A stretch of DNA of 64,000 nt from Octopus sinensis (GCF_006345805.1 NC_042998.1:33914001-33978000), one strand, 5' to 3'. Counted from the first letter of the stretch, positions 35,498 to 49,300 are shown. The notes: a model not told the origin generated them from the sequence alone. Translations and numbers: made by a program.

Positions 35498-36091
35498 TAT
35501 ATTATCTAGGCTTGTTTCTTTATTGTTTACCTGGGTGTATTTTCTTCTGTGGTTTGTTGCCTGAAAGTATGTTTCACCATGGTTTGTTTGTCACTACAGC
35601 TTGTCTTGCTGCACATATTCAACTTCACAAATTGCCTTTGTCCATGCACTGCCACCTACTTGCAAACAATAAAGTATTTTTTTTTTTTTCCTGTTTAGCT
35701 GTCTGTACTCTCAAGTATTTGACCCACTGGTCATATACATCAGTGGCCTTGCTTTTAAAATAATTCTCATGCAGACACCAAATGACTTAATATTTTTTGT
35801 TTGGTTGCAACAATATTGCTCTGCCCTGTATTGGATATCTACTTTACATGCAGAGCTAGTTTATGTCAGTGTCATTTTAATCCCTCTTAATTTCTTCAGA
35901 TCATATAACCATATATCATATAACCAGGTGCAGGAGTGGCTGTGTGGTAAGTAGCTTGCTTACCAACCATATGATTCCAGGTTCAGTCCCATTGCATGGC
36001 ACCTTGGGCAAGTGTCTTCTACTATAGCCTCAGGCCAACCAAAGCCTTGTGAGTGGATTTGGTAGACGGAAACTGAAAGAAGCCAGTCGTA

Positions 36092-36132
<41 letters not shown>

Positions 36133-36364
36133 CTGTGTCTGTGTTTGTCTGCCCAACATCACTTGACAACTGATGCTCATGTGTTTATGTCCCCGTAACT
36201 TAGCGGTTCGGCAAAAGACCGATAGAATAAGTAATAGGCTTCTAAAGAATAAGTCCTGGGGTCGATTTGCTCGACTAAAGGCGGTGCTCCAGCATAGCCG
36301 CAGTCAAATGACTGAAACAAGTAAAAGAGTAAGAGTATATTCTGTTGATATAATAATAATAAAA

Positions 36365-36720
36365 TTATTGTGTACAGTGTTCAGGTGCACGTACAGAACA
36401 TAGGATTATGTACAAATGTCAGGAAAGTGAACAGAGTTTGTGTCATGATATACGTGTGTGCATGGGCATGGAGTTGGGTGGATATGAGGTGTAGTGTTGG
36501 TGAATTTCAAGAAGCACGGAGGTTTTAAAGGATGCAATGTCTCATCAGCTAACAACTGATGCAGGTAGTTTGTTTCAGCAACTCTGAGTGTGAAAAAAAT
36601 CTTTCCAAGAGTCATGGGAACTGTGCTGTTTTCTGACTTTGTAGGCATGCCCACATGTGTTAGACATAAGGAGCTCAAAAAGGTGCTCAAGGTGGTTGTT
36701 GGCACTATGGTTAATAATTC
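36365..36720 (-). mobile_element. Decayed 3' end of a CR1-like LINE (related fragment at about 345-460)
   Basis: Minus-strand remnant KDFFHTQSC*NKLPASVVS*..IASFK resembles the CR1 ORF2 C-terminus (FF..RV...WN.LP..VV). Confidence 0.55.
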
Positions 36721-37869
36721 TGTGGTTAATAGTATGATAAGGTGGTGAGCTGGCAGAAACATTAGCAAGCCGGGCGAAATGCTTAGTGGTATTTCATCTG
36801 TCTTTACGTTCTGAGTTCAAATTCTGCCGAGGTCAACTTTGCCTTTCATCCTTTCGGGGTCGATTAAATAAGTACCAGTTACACACTGGGGTCAATATAA
36901 TCGACTTAATCCGTTTGTCTGTCCTTGATTGTCCTCTCTGTGTTTAGCCCCTTGTGGGTAGTAAAGAAATAGGTATTTTGTCTGCCGCTATGTTCTGAGT
37001 TCAAATTCCGCCAAGGTTAACTTTGCCTTTCATCCTTTCGGGGTCGATAAATTAAGTACCAGTTGCATACTGGGGTCAATCTAATCGACTGGCCTCCTCC
37101 CCCAAAATTTCAGGCCATATGCCTAGAGTAGATAAGAATAATAATAATAATATGATAGACATCATTTCCAACCAGACTGTGACTTAACACAAACCCTGAT
37201 ATAGTCTGTTGTGTTTTGTATGAAACAAGGCTCTCGGTCTTTTGCATTTCATTTCTATCATAGGTCTTAAATCCTCCAGCTGCAGAGGGACAAATGGCAT
37301 CATATCTTCTGATCAGCAAGGAATGTTACTGGTTCATGGAACATAGCAAAAGGTGGTTTGCTGTGACATTTTTTTCGCATCATTGGCCACAAGACGGTGT
37401 CTGCTCTGTGCTTCTGTCAGCAGGTTGGTTCTCAGATATCTGTATCAAATGATCTGCAAACCTAGAACAATGCTCGGTCACAATCGCTTTATCACTGGTT
37501 TCATTGGTTGACACACCATTCACCTTTCTTCGTTTTTCCATAGAGTCTGTAGTGACGCTATTTTGGAAGTTTTCAGCACGCATGCGCAGAGTTTGATTGC
37601 TTCCAGTAGGCCGCCGGAAGTTCCCTCATGCACATGCACAGAGAACTACCAACAGAAAGTATTCCTGTTAGATCTGTCTTCTAGAAGCTGCAGCCGAATC
37701 GAGTGGACACGACTCAAGGTTCTCTTAAAGAAAACCCAATACGTAAAGAAGCCCCCTTCTATGCGAGAACGGAGACAGCATTTTGGCTCACACAAGTTAA
37801 CTATTGTGAATAATTTTATGGCTTTGGCTACTGGTTCGTCCTGAAGAAAAATATACGTATATATATCTT

Positions 37870-38170
37870 TATTTGCAAATCCAGACCAAAATAAAATATT
37901 ATTTATTGCTGTTGAAGATAGTCAAAGTTTTCCTTTCGACATAATTGAATGTATCACGATAAGACTGGCACCCCTCAAGTGTTCCAGAGACCTTCATCCT
38001 GTTACAAGTCTTACTATTTGTTATGAAATTTCTTTTCATAACCAAGGGGGCAGAGCCCATGTAAACGTTTGCTTCTCTTTTCCTATTAAATTTCCCATTG
38101 AAAACTAAACTTGCTTGTGCAGTTGTGTTGGATGCCCTTAGCAATAACCTGTTCAACTTTGAAGTAAAAA
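37870..38170 (-). mobile_element. Possible decayed Penelope-like RT fragment
   Basis: ORF 37899-38156 has LVFNGKFNRK..ANVYMG and YRDTF, resembling PLE RT (F.FNG..Y.Q..G.AMGS..AN.YM; YVDDTF) with deletions. Confidence 0.4.
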
Positions 38171-38408
38171 ACAGGGGGGGGGGGCTTCCTGTCCATCAGG
38201 GAAGCTGGGACTGATTGTTATGTGCCCTGCTCAAAAGCACAATAAAACAGGTGAAGTAATTTTTTGAACTAACGACCAGGTGGTTATGATTCCAGCATCT
38301 TAACTGCAATACCATTGTACACATTCATGTATTAAGATTATAAAGTTCTCTCCTTTTCAATTCAAATGCCATCACACACATTCTTATATATAATTTTCTT
38401 TTTTCCAG

Positions 38409-38519
38409 TTTTTCTGTTCAATGATGTCAACATTTACACTTAATATAGTCCGAAGTTATATAAAACAACATCCTTGGGAGTTGACATATCCAGGTTTAAT
38501 AAATTTTGGAAAATTTACT
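38409..38519 (+). CDS. CLCN7: CLC-7 coding exon 9 ([37 protein letters not shown])
   Basis: STFTLN and PGLINFG motifs. Acceptor TTCCAG, donor GTAAGT. Confidence 0.95.
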
Positions 38520-38926
38520 GTAAGTATCATTTTTTTGTTTTTTTATTTGAATTTTCTTTTCCTTCTAACGTAGATTTTTTTACCTAATTTCCTGTTACAA
38601 TAGGTGAACTCGTTATACAGGTTAGCAAATTTTCATACGAAATTTCGAGACCTGTCGTTGTTATTCCTACACATTTCTTTGGTGTTCTCCTTCACCATTT
38701 CTTTATCATAATCCTAACAATATACACTGTGTGTGTGTGTTTCATTTAGTTTTGAAAATAATCAAGGTGTGGCTCAGTGGTAAGAAGTTTGCTTCCTAAC
38801 CTCATGGTACTGGGTTCAGTCCCACTGCACGATACCTTGGGCGTCTTCTGAGGTAGGTATGTACGTACGTACGTACATACAGGATGTGTCAGTAATTTTA
38901 GTTATTTTTGGTTTTATTGGATTTAA

Positions 38927-39147
38927 CCCTTTAGTGTTCACATTATTCTTCCCAAGTTAATGCTTTTTTATCCACATTGTTTTGAACTAATCATGCATTA
39001 TCTTGTAGTTATGAGATTTTGATGAGGTAGTTGTTAATTTTTAAGATGATATTGTAGGGTTGGTATGAAAGACCAGATCTGGCCAGTTTGAACATAAAAC
39101 AAGCAGAATACTTTTGGCCGGATATGGCCGGTTTAAATGCTAAAGGG
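38927..39147. mobile_element. piggyBac-type MITE family B, uninterrupted copy
   Basis: TTAA TSDs, termini CCCTTTAG/CTAAAGGG. Confidence 0.88.
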
Positions 39148-39644
39148 TTAATCCTTTGCTTTGACAACATAAAGGTCAAAGGTTCAAAGTTTAGTCCAAT
39201 ATTTAAAAACTTGGTAACTGGATGTGCCAGATTTTTTTGTAATGGAATTATTTAGGGGCTCAAAAAGATGTAAGGTGTTATGCTTTAGCTGGTCAGTTTC
39301 TTTACTTGTTGTTTTGGTCATTGCCTGTTCTATTTGGAAGGTGGGGGTTATTAGTTGGGCATGTATTGGTGTTGTTAGTTTAGAGTATATGTGTGTGTGT
39401 TTGTCACCCCTCCACTGCTTGACAACTAGTGTTGGTTTGTTTATATCCCCATAACTTAGCCGTCTGGTGAAAGAGACCAATTGAAGTACCAAACTCCAAA
39501 AAATAAGTAGTGGGGCCGATTTGCATGATTTTGGCCATGCCAGTGCCCCAGCATGGCCAGTCCAATGACTGAAACAAATAAAAATGCTATTACTGACATA
39601 ATGACCCTCCCATGATACAATAAAAAAAAAGGTAACTTATATAA

Positions 39645-39808
39645 GCGCGGGAGTGGCTGTGTGGTAAGTAGCTTGTCTACCAACCACATGGTTCCGGGTT
39701 CAGTCCCACAGCGTGGAACCTTGGGCAAGTGTCTTCTACTATAGCCTTGGGCCGACCAAAGCCTTGTGAGTGGATTTGGTAGACGGAAACTGAAAGAAGC
39801 CCGTCGTA

Positions 39809-39852
<44 letters not shown>

Positions 39853-40040
39853 TGTGTGTGTGTTTGTCCCCTAGCATTGCTTGACAGCCGATGCTGGTGT
39901 GTTTATGTCCCCGTTACCTAGCAGTTCGGCAAAAGAGACCGATAGAATAAGTACTGGGCTTACAAAAGAATAAGTCCTGGGGTCGAGTTGCTCGATTAAA
40001 GGCGGTGCTCCAGCATGGCCGCAGTCAAATGACTGAAACA
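39645..40040 (+). mobile_element. Full-length CORE-type tRNA SINE (numerous copies throughout)
   Basis: Head GGAGTGGCTGTGTGGTAAG...GGGTTCAGTCCC, CORE-like CCTTGGGCAAGTGTCTT, internal (TA)n(TG)n tract and AAAAGAGT repeat tail. Confidence 0.85.
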
Positions 40041-40337
40041 AGTAAAAGAGTAAAAGAGAGTATATTAATAGCTTGATAAATTCTTTATAATGTTTTATCT
40101 ACACCATGTATCAGTAATATTATCATTGTCATAATTTATCATCCGTCTTCCCTGTTAGCATGGATTGGGACAGGTTGACAGGAGCTGGTGAACAAGACGA
40201 CTGCATTGAGAACCACTATCTACTTTGGCATGTTTTATTATTGAAAATTTACCAGATTATAAAGCCTTTCTTTGTCTATGTTTTCACATCAATTTATTAA
40301 CCCCTCTGTGTGTTTTTTTTTTTTTTTTTTTTTTCAG

Positions 40338-40392
40338 TTTAATTATTACTCTGGTCAGGAATTAGTAATTTTTATATTGATGGGAGTAGTTG
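40338..40392 (+). CDS. CLCN7: CLC-7 coding exon 10 (FNYYSGQELVIFILMGVVG)
   Basis: Poly-T acceptor, donor G|GTGAGT. 55 nt, phase 0/1. Confidence 0.92.
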
Positions 40393-40432
40393 GTGAGTAT
40401 ATCCATTATCTAAATTAATTCATTATAAATAA

Positions 40433-40872
40433 GTTATTTACATTTGATGGATATTTGTCCTCATCTTGTTTGTTGTTAACACTTTTTGGCTGATATCCCC
40501 TCCAGATATTTTTCAATGTTATTATTATTAATCAGGTCACTGCTTGGAATCGAACTTGGAATCTTGGGGTTAGTATGCCATATGCCCGTGGGCAATTATG
40601 GAGTGAATTTTAGGGCTTATAAATCTAATATTTTCCTATCCTTCATTAAGAGTGCGGGCTACTAACCCCAAGATTCTGAGTTCGATTCCAAGCAGTGACC
40701 TAAATAACAATAATAATAATAAAAATACCTTAGGATGAGAACCGAGGTTCGAAATTTCCCCCAAGGCACCTGATGAAGACTGGAGGGTATATCAGCCGAA
40801 ACGTGTTAACAACCAACAAGATGAGGACAAATATCTGTCAAATGTAAATAATGTAAATAATTCCTCATCTCT
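40433..40872. mobile_element. Inverted pair of the hammerhead SINE-like element with internal deletions and a spacer
   Basis: Reverse arm about 40433-40590, forward arm about 40645-40872 containing CCTGATGAAG...GCCGAAACG. Confidence 0.8.
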
Positions 40873-42106
40873 GAAAAAAAGAAAATGTTATTGTTTGACT
40901 TGAAGGTCAACTGTTATGTTTTACAAAAAAATGCATTTTATTAAACTCACATATATTAATTTCAAATTCTGGCACAAAGCCAGCAATTTCGACACCAGTA
41001 TTCAGCTGGTACTTATTTCATCAACCCCAAAAGTATGAAAGACAAAACTGACTTTGGTGGAATTTGAATGTGAAGACTAATGAAATACTGTTAAACTAAT
41101 GATTCTACCGGCTCATATAGTATAATATATACACTCATAACTTCTTAACCCGTTCATGCCGATCGTCCATTTAAACCGACCCTTAATTTACAAGGGTATA
41201 AATCAAATACTTGATACAAATTGTGAATTGTGTATCAAAGAATGAAACATTCTTAACGCATATGCTGTCTGCATCAAACGGATTTCAATGAAATTGTTTC
41301 CAGTTGTTATTTAGGTCAAAATAATAGAATCTGTCAATTTTCAGGCAATTTCATTCACTAGAAAAATTTCGGCACAAATAGGTTAATACAAGCTGCATCC
41401 GTTTTCATTTCTTTATGCACTATTAATGCTTTATTTTTTATTTTTTTTTAGTAAGCTGTAGTTATTTTGTATTACAGAAGTGTAAGATTTAATTAATTCA
41501 GAGAAGATTCATAATTGATATAATAAAACACATGCTTAATATTTTATTACATATAATTATGAACCTGTTTTATTTAGTGCCATATTTAACCCATTTTTTT
41601 ACCGTATTTATTTTGAGATGCTCTAATATAACAAAGAATTTAGTAAAATAACTTAGTTATCATTCAGCTTGTGTTAGGAACATAAATTGCGACTAAGGTT
41701 TGGTGGAAGATTTTAATTCAAAACTTATGAAACAAGACATTTGTATTCAGAGCCAGAGGTGGTTTCAGTCAGGTTGGTATCAAAAGGGTTAAGAATTGTT
41801 TCTCTATTCTATATTTAAACCCTTTTGTTACCATATTTCTGCTGAGATGCTCTGTGTTTCTTTCAATTGATTTTAAATATAACAAAAAAATTTAGTAAAA
41901 TAACTTAGCTATCATTCAGTTAGTGTTAGGAACATAAATTGTGACTAAGGTTTTATTGGAAGATTTTAATTTAAAACTTATGAAAACAAGACATTTGTAC
42001 TACCGAACCTGAGGCAGTTTCAACCAGGTTGGTAACGAATACTTCAAAATTAATGTTTTACTTTGGGTTGGTTTTATATTTTATTCTTCCCTTACTTGTG
42101 TAGTTG

Positions 42107-42720
42107 GTATCATCATCATCATCATCATCATTTAACGTCCGCTTTCCATGCTAGCATGGGTTGGACGGTTCAACTGGGGTCTGGGGAGCCCGAAAGCTGC
42201 ACCAGTCCAGTCAGATCTGGCAGTGTTTTACAGCTGGATGCCCTTCCTAACGCCAACCACTCCGAGAGTGTAGTGGGTGATTTTATGTGCACCGACACAG
42301 GTGCCAGACGAGGCTGACAAACGGCCACGCTCGGATGGTGTTTTTATGTGCCACCGACACAGGTGCCAGACGAGGCTGGCAGACGGCACGCTCGGATGGT
42401 GTTTTTATGTGCCACCGACACAGGTGCCAGACGAGGCTGGCAGACGGCCACGCTCGGATGGTGTTTTTATGTGCCACCGACACAGGTGCCAGACGAGGCT
42501 GGCAGACGGCCACGCTCGGATGGTGTTTTTATGTGCCACCGACACAGGTGCCAGATGAGGCTGGCAAACGGCACGATCGGATGGTGCTTGTTACGTGCCC
42601 ACAGCACGGAGGCCAGTCGATGCGGTACTGGCTACGGCCACGTTCGGATGGTTTTCTTATGTGCCACGTGCCACCGGCACTGGTACCACAATCTCACACA
42701 TTAGCCAACCACTGGCATTT
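42107..42720 (-). mobile_element. (GAT)n-tailed SINE-like element with internal tandem expansion of a 61-62 bp module
   Basis: About five copies of GTGCCACCGACACAGGTGCCAGACGAGGCTGGCAGACGGCCACGCTCGGATGGTGTTTTTAT between about 42287 and 42580. Confidence 0.85.
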
Positions 42721-43481
42721 GAGCATGGCCGATGCCAGTGCCACATGACTGGCTCCCATGCCAGTGGCATGTAAAAAGCACCCACTACACTCTTTGAGTG
42801 GATGGCGTTAGGAAGGGCTTCCAGGTGTGGAAACTTTACCAAATCAGCCTGGTACACCCTCCCAGCTTGCCAGTTCTCAGTCAAATCGTCCAACCCATGC
42901 CAGCATGGAAGGCGGATGTTAAACGACAATGATGATGATTAGCATCAGTCATTCTGTTCGTGCATTAAAATTTTATAACAACAGTTGTTGTACAGCAACA
43001 TTTGTTACAATGGGTTTCTTAGAAATATTAGCAGTATAGTGTCACATAAGTAGCAACTGTGCTGGTGCCACATTAAAAGCACCCAGAACACTGTGAGATG
43101 ACTGGTAGTTAGGAAGGACATTCAGCCTTAGAAACCTTGCCAAAATAGACAATTAGAGGCCAATGCAGCACTCCGGTTTGCCAGCTCCTGTCAAACCGTC
43201 AAACTCAAGCCAACATGGAAAATTGACAATAGATGATGATGATCCAATACTACATTGTCCAATGTGACCATCATTTTCAAAAATTATTTTGTATGATTTA
43301 AGTGAGATTTGATTGCTATTTCATCCACACAAGGGCTCCCTCATTGGCTTAACTAATCCTCATCGGTGAAAATTGCTAATGTTTGAGAGGATATCTGACT
43401 TTTAAAAACTGAAACTTCAAAATCACTGTATGATAATGTTGAAATAAAATGTCCCCTATTTTTCTTTTCTCCCATTTGCAG

Positions 43482-43542
43482 GTGGATTACTAGGCTCCCT
43501 GTTCAATAGTATTAATCATAGATTGACGATATTTCGTCAAAA
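43482..43542 (+). CDS. CLCN7: CLC-7 coding exon 11 (GLLGSLFNSINHRLTIFRQK)
   Basis: Acceptor TTTGCAG, donor GTAAGT. 61 nt, phase 1/2. Confidence 0.93.
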
Positions 43543-44731
43543 GTAAGTACACTTGATTTTCTTTCTCGTTTTTTTAATGCCCCTTTTCCCCCTTTTTATA
43601 AGCAAATTAGGCCCAGGTGTGGCTGTGTGGTAAGAAGCTTGCTTCCCAACCACATTACTCTGAGTTCTGTCCCACTGAGTGATATTTTTGGCGAGTGTCT
43701 TCTACTATAGTCGTAGGCCAACCAAAGCCTTGCAAGTGGATTTGGTGGACAGAAGCTGAAAGAAACCCATTGTATGTATGTATGTATGTGTGTATGTATG
43801 TATGTATGTGTCTGCACCTCTCTTTGTCCCCAACTGCCACTTGACAATTGATATATATATATCAGAATCGAAATCGATCAATGGAAATTGCGGATGTGCT
43901 ACCAGTGCCGGTGGCATGTCGAAACTCTGCTTGTGAAGACCCATTGAGGCAAGTGAGGATCAGAATCGAAATCGATCAATGGAAATCGATCAATGGAAAT
44001 TGCAGATGTGTTACCAGTGCCGGTGGCATGTAAGAGAACTTTCCGTTTCGCGACCGTTGCCAGCACCGCCCCGTTTCGTGTCCGTTGCCAGCCTCGCCTG
44101 GCCCTCGTGCCGGTGGCACATAAAAAGCACCATCCGTTCGTGGCCGTTTGCCAGCTCTGTCTGGCACCAGTGCGGGTGGCACGTAAAAAGCACCCACTAC
44201 ACTCACGGAGTGGTTGGCGTTAGGAAGGGCATCCAGCCGTAGAAACACTGCCAGATTTGACTGGGCCTGATGAAGCCTTCTGGCTTCACAGACCCCAGTA
44301 GAACCGTCCAACCCATGCTAGCATGGAAAACGGACGCTAAATGATGATGATGATGATGATGATGATGATATATATATGTATATATATAAAGTAGTTGTAT
44401 GCTGTCAACTTAATGTGACAGTCTCATGAGAGGGAATAATGCTACTGCTATTTAACCCTAGGAAGCAGCACCACTTCCTGTCGGCCTTGACACATTTCAT
44501 GTATCCTTATGTTTACAAGGGGTGACAAGCACCCCCACCCAGCAAAGCCAGCATCCAGAGACTAGTTTCTGAGTCGTTTCTCGTCTTCAGTCTGGAGTAG
44601 CATGGCTTGCTTAGCTGTCGATGTCTATCTAGCCCTTGTAAAAATATAGTAATTCAAGTGAAATACATTCATTGATTTCAAAAATAGAAATAATAAATTT
44701 CTAAATCTCTCAGAAAGATTTAGAAATGCAT

Positions 44732-44786
<55 letters not shown>

Positions 44787-44796
<10 letters not shown>

Positions 44797-44894
44797 TATA
44801 GAAGGAGCTTCTACAGGACTAGTACTGTTTCTGAAGATTTCTCTTGAATGAAACAGTACTAGTCCTGTAGAAGCTCCTTCTATATAATAAATTA
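44787..44894. repeat. Perfect 45-bp inverted repeat with an 18-nt spacer inside a (TA)n tract
   Basis: Arms 44787-44831 and 44850-44894 are exact reverse complements. Confidence 0.95.
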
Positions 44895-44961
44895 ATTTTA
44901 CTCTGCTATGTATTGAGTACCTTACTTACTGTGGTTAACCCCGAATCAACCCGGGACCTAC

Positions 44962-44993
<32 letters not shown>

Positions 44994-45989
44994 GAAAACT
45001 AGAAAACAAGGTTTGCTTGTGAAGAGATGAAAATGTCACATATTCTCATGACAATCGAATAGATGCATGTGTGGGTTCCTTATCTTAGGTTTTTGGCAAC
45101 CAATCCAATCTTAATGCACTGTTGGCAAATCGTATTTCAATGTGTTTGTAAACATTTTTGCTTATGGTATATCTTGTGATGTTGCTTTGCTGTTTTAATC
45201 ACTTGAATAGTAATTAGCATGAAACTCAATTATAATTCAAGCAGCTATAACTTATAATGTATTGAAAAGGTTAATTAACTGGTTTTGTCTCTATTAAAGT
45301 AGACGATGTTAAATCACTGAGAATTACAATTGCTTGTTGTTTCAGCCATGCAGTATTATTAAATGAATGCAAAATTAGGGTGTTATTTGTTGAATCTATA
45401 ATTTAGAAATGGAAAATTCCTAGAGGCAGGGTCTTTAAATTCCTGATAAGGTTTTTCGCATTTAAGATTATTGTAGGAATGCTGAGAGAAAAAGACTAAT
45501 TGCCAAGATGTTCTCTCATGTCTGTAATATTGATTTCAAATTTTGATGCAAGGCCAGCAATTTCAGAATAGGAGTGAGTCAATTACATCAACCCAGTCCA
45601 TGACTGGTACCTATTTTATTGACCCAGAAAGGATGAAAAGTGAAGTTGACCATGGCAGTATTTGAGCTCAGAACGTAAAGATGAACAAAATGCAGGAAGC
45701 ATTTTTCCCGGCACATTAACGTGTCTGTGATATTCCAATTCCAGCGGCGATCTGGCAGAGACGTTAGCATGCCGGGCGAAATGCTTAGCGGTATTTCGTC
45801 AGCCGCTACGTTCTGAGTTCAAATTCCGCCGAGGTCAACTTTGCCTTTCATCCATTTGAGGTCGATTAAATAAGTACCAGTTACGCACTGGGGTCGATGT
45901 AATCGACTTAATCCGTTTGTCTGTCCTTGTTTGTCCCTTCTTTGTTTAGCCCCTTGTGGGTAGTAAAGAAATAGATATTCAAATTCCAA

Positions 45990-46360
45990 TGAGTTTTATG
46001 AATTCTTTTTTTATGCCTTTAACCCTCCAACATGGAGTATAGGCCACTTATAGTTGAATTCCATGTCGCATAATTTTTGGCTTCTGTACTTATTACTCTG
46101 CCATGAATGTCCCCCTTTCTCTAGTTCCTTTTGTATTGATCTACGCCACGAGTTCTTAGGCCTACCTCTCATTCTATATCCATCCGGATTCCACTGTAAA
46201 AGCACTTTTCGCCACATTTGGTGTGTCTTTTCTAATTGTGCTACCAATTCACTTCCACTTTTTCTTAAATACTTGCTCCCTAATCGAGATAAAATGGCTG
46301 TTTCGTTAAGGTCATTCTGCTCACTGTCTAGGTTTTTCCAAAAGCTCCCTAACAAATGCC
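45990..46360 (-). mobile_element. Decayed RTE LINE 3' fragment
   Basis: ORF 46011-46355 contains LLQWNPDGYRMRGRPKNSWRRSI, typical of the RTE C-terminus. Confidence 0.75.
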
Positions 46361-49300
46361 CTTCCCCATTAACTCAAGTGATCAATATAAATGCTGTTTT
46401 GAAAGGATTCACAGATCTCAATATTTAAGTTTTATGAAGGTAAAACAAAAAAGTAATGGATAGAATGGACAGACACAGCTTTAAGTTTGTGAGAGAGAAA
46501 AAAAAGAGAATGTAGATAAATGTGTTCAGGTTTTGTAGTTTGTTTATTAAAAAGCTGGTAACTACGAACTGTTGTTTTGACAAAGTTTATAAGTTTTTGT
46601 AATTGAAATTCAGATAAAATAATAAGGTTATCTGTAATTTATGTAAAATAATTGTAGATTAATTATATCAGGTCATATTTCCTGGTAAACAAACTAGTAC
46701 ATCCTTGTAATGTTCAGGTCATTAGCAACTAAATTGGCAGGGCAGTTCATGTACGCCTGAAAGAAAAATATAGAAAGAATTTGTTACAGGAGCTGGTGCT
46801 TATAAAAATGGGTTTTTACAGAAGGGAATAATTTTCTGGTATTTTTAAAAAGTGAGTTACAAACAAAATAAAAAGCCACTTTTGAAATTATTAGTTCAAT
46901 GATGGACAGACATAAAGAAGGACTAAAATCTGTATTTAGAATTACAAATACTTTAATTTATTTCATTAAAGAAATTAGATGCTTTAATATTTGTGACTCG
47001 CTTCGGTCATAAATGACCATGGGATTGTACCTAGAAAGTTACCATCCGAGGCATAAGTCTGGGCAAGGTTGTTTATGGAAGACCAGCAGTCACCCACGCA
47101 TACCAGCCTCCCCTCTCCACGCCACCAATGTTATCCAAGGGAAAGGCAAAGGCCGATATAGCTTGGCACCAGTGATGTCGCAGCTCATTTATTAATGTGC
47201 AAGTGGCAGAGCACTCCACAGACACGTGTACCCTTAATTCAGCATAACACACAGTGTGACAAGGCTGGCCCTTTTGAAATACAGGTGCAACAGAAACGGG
47301 AAGAAAGAGTGAGAGAAAGTTGTGGTGAAAGAGTACAGCAGGGTTCACCACCACCCCCTGCTGGAGCTTCGTGGAGCATTAGGTGTTTTCGCTCAATAAA
47401 CACTTACAATGCCTGGTCTAGGAATCGAAACTGCGATCCTACGACCGCGAGTCCACTGCCCTAACCACTGGGCCATTGCGCCTCCACAGATGCTTTAATA
47501 AGACATTTTAATACTTGTAAAATTTATCTTTATAGATTTTCAAAGAAATTTTTAAGCATTTTTTATGAACAGTTTAAAGTCTAGGCAATCAAAAATCCTT
47601 TTTGATATTTTCACTCATTCAGCCTGACAGGACGTTACCATGTCAGAGGAAAGGCTGAATGGCAGTTCGTCCATCTTTACATTCTGAGTTCAAATTCTGC
47701 CGAGGTTAGCTTTGCCTTCCATGCTTTTCAAGTTGATAAAATAAGTATCAACTGAGCACTAATTGCAGATGTGGCTATGTGGTAAGAAGCTTGCTTCCCA
47801 ACCACATGGTTCCAGGTTCAGTCCCACTGCATAGCACCTTAGGCAAGTGTCTTCTTCCATAACCCTAGGCCAATAAAAGCCTTTGTGTATATGTGTGTGT
47901 GTGTGTTTTAGCTAAAATTCAATTTCTTAAACCTATTCCATTATTTTTCAGTTTTGCTCATTATTTTATTTTTATGCAGTTTTTAAACGATATTTTAGTC
48001 TTTTTCTTTACCTACATTTATAAATATTTTTCTAAATGATGCTTTTATCACCATAATCTAAGTCTATTGACTTCATTTATTTACAAAGTATTAATTCTTC
48101 ACTATACCAAACTAAATTAAAGTCATACAAGTTGAATTCCAGAAGTTGTGAGGCTTTTTCAGGAGCGACATTTTTAATTTCAAAACTCTATAATCAGTGA
48201 CAAAGAGGTAGATTATTTTGAAATACAAAACAGACAACTCTTATCAAACAGTTTACATGGCATCTCTGTAAACAGATACAACGAAATGATAAAAGCCATT
48301 CTAATAAATCTTCTAGGTTGTCAGCTTAACAGATAAGAAACAACACACTGTATATCCTAAAGCAGAGCTAAAAAAATGCAATTTAATTTACGTGGAAGGG
48401 ACACACACATCAAATGAAGTAGAAAACATATAATAGAACACACTTGTCCATGGTGCCACACAGTGGGACTGAACCAGGAACCATGTGGTTGGTAAGCAAG
48501 CCACTTACCACACAGCCACTCTTGCAACTATTATATACTCTTTTACTTGTTTCAGTCATTTGACTGCGGTCATGCTGGAGCACCGCCTTTAATCGAGCAA
48601 CTTGACCCCGGGACTTATTCTTTTGTAAGCCCAGTACTTATTCTATCGGTCTCTTTTGCCAAACCGCTAGGTAACGGGGACATGAACACACCAGCATCGG
48701 TTGTCATGCAATGCTAGGGGGACACACAGACACACAAACACACACACACATATATATACATATATACGACGGGCTTCTTTCAGTTTCCGTCTACCAAATC
48801 CACTCACAAGGCTTTGGTCGGCCCGAGGCTATAGTAGAAGACACTTGCCCAAGGTGCCACGCAGTGGGACTGAACCCGGGGCCATGTGGTTGGTAAGCAA
48901 GCCACTTACCACACAGCCACTCCTGCAACTATTATATATATATTTATAATTTTACTGCAGAAGGCACTCATCCTTGGTGCTACATAATTGAATTAAACTC
49001 AGTCTCATAATTGCATAATTATTTCTCTCTCTCTCTCTCTCTCCCTGTCTATATATGGTAGATTAACACATATAGTTCAATTATTACAGAGAGCAGCAAA
49101 ATTTCCGTACGAAATATATGCATTCCTATTTGAATAGATACATACATACATGTGCACGCATTCACGCATCTGAATAGAATCAGCCAATCTCACTTAAAAG
49201 TACACATGTGTTGTAATTAAGAAAGGAAGAAAAGAAGTAGAAGAATTCCTTTCTCCAATTTTTTTTTAAAAATTTGTCCAGACTGCCTGCCAAATATCTG

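Noticed and set aside
42277-42748. Repetitive ORFs of up to 153 aa in several frames
   Set aside because: They arise from tandem SINE modules open in multiple frames on both strands.
44260-44300. CTGATGA at 44267 as another hammerhead
   Set aside because: It is a mutated CCTGGTGCAGCC of the (GAT)n-tailed SINE, with no GAAA or stems in the right positions.
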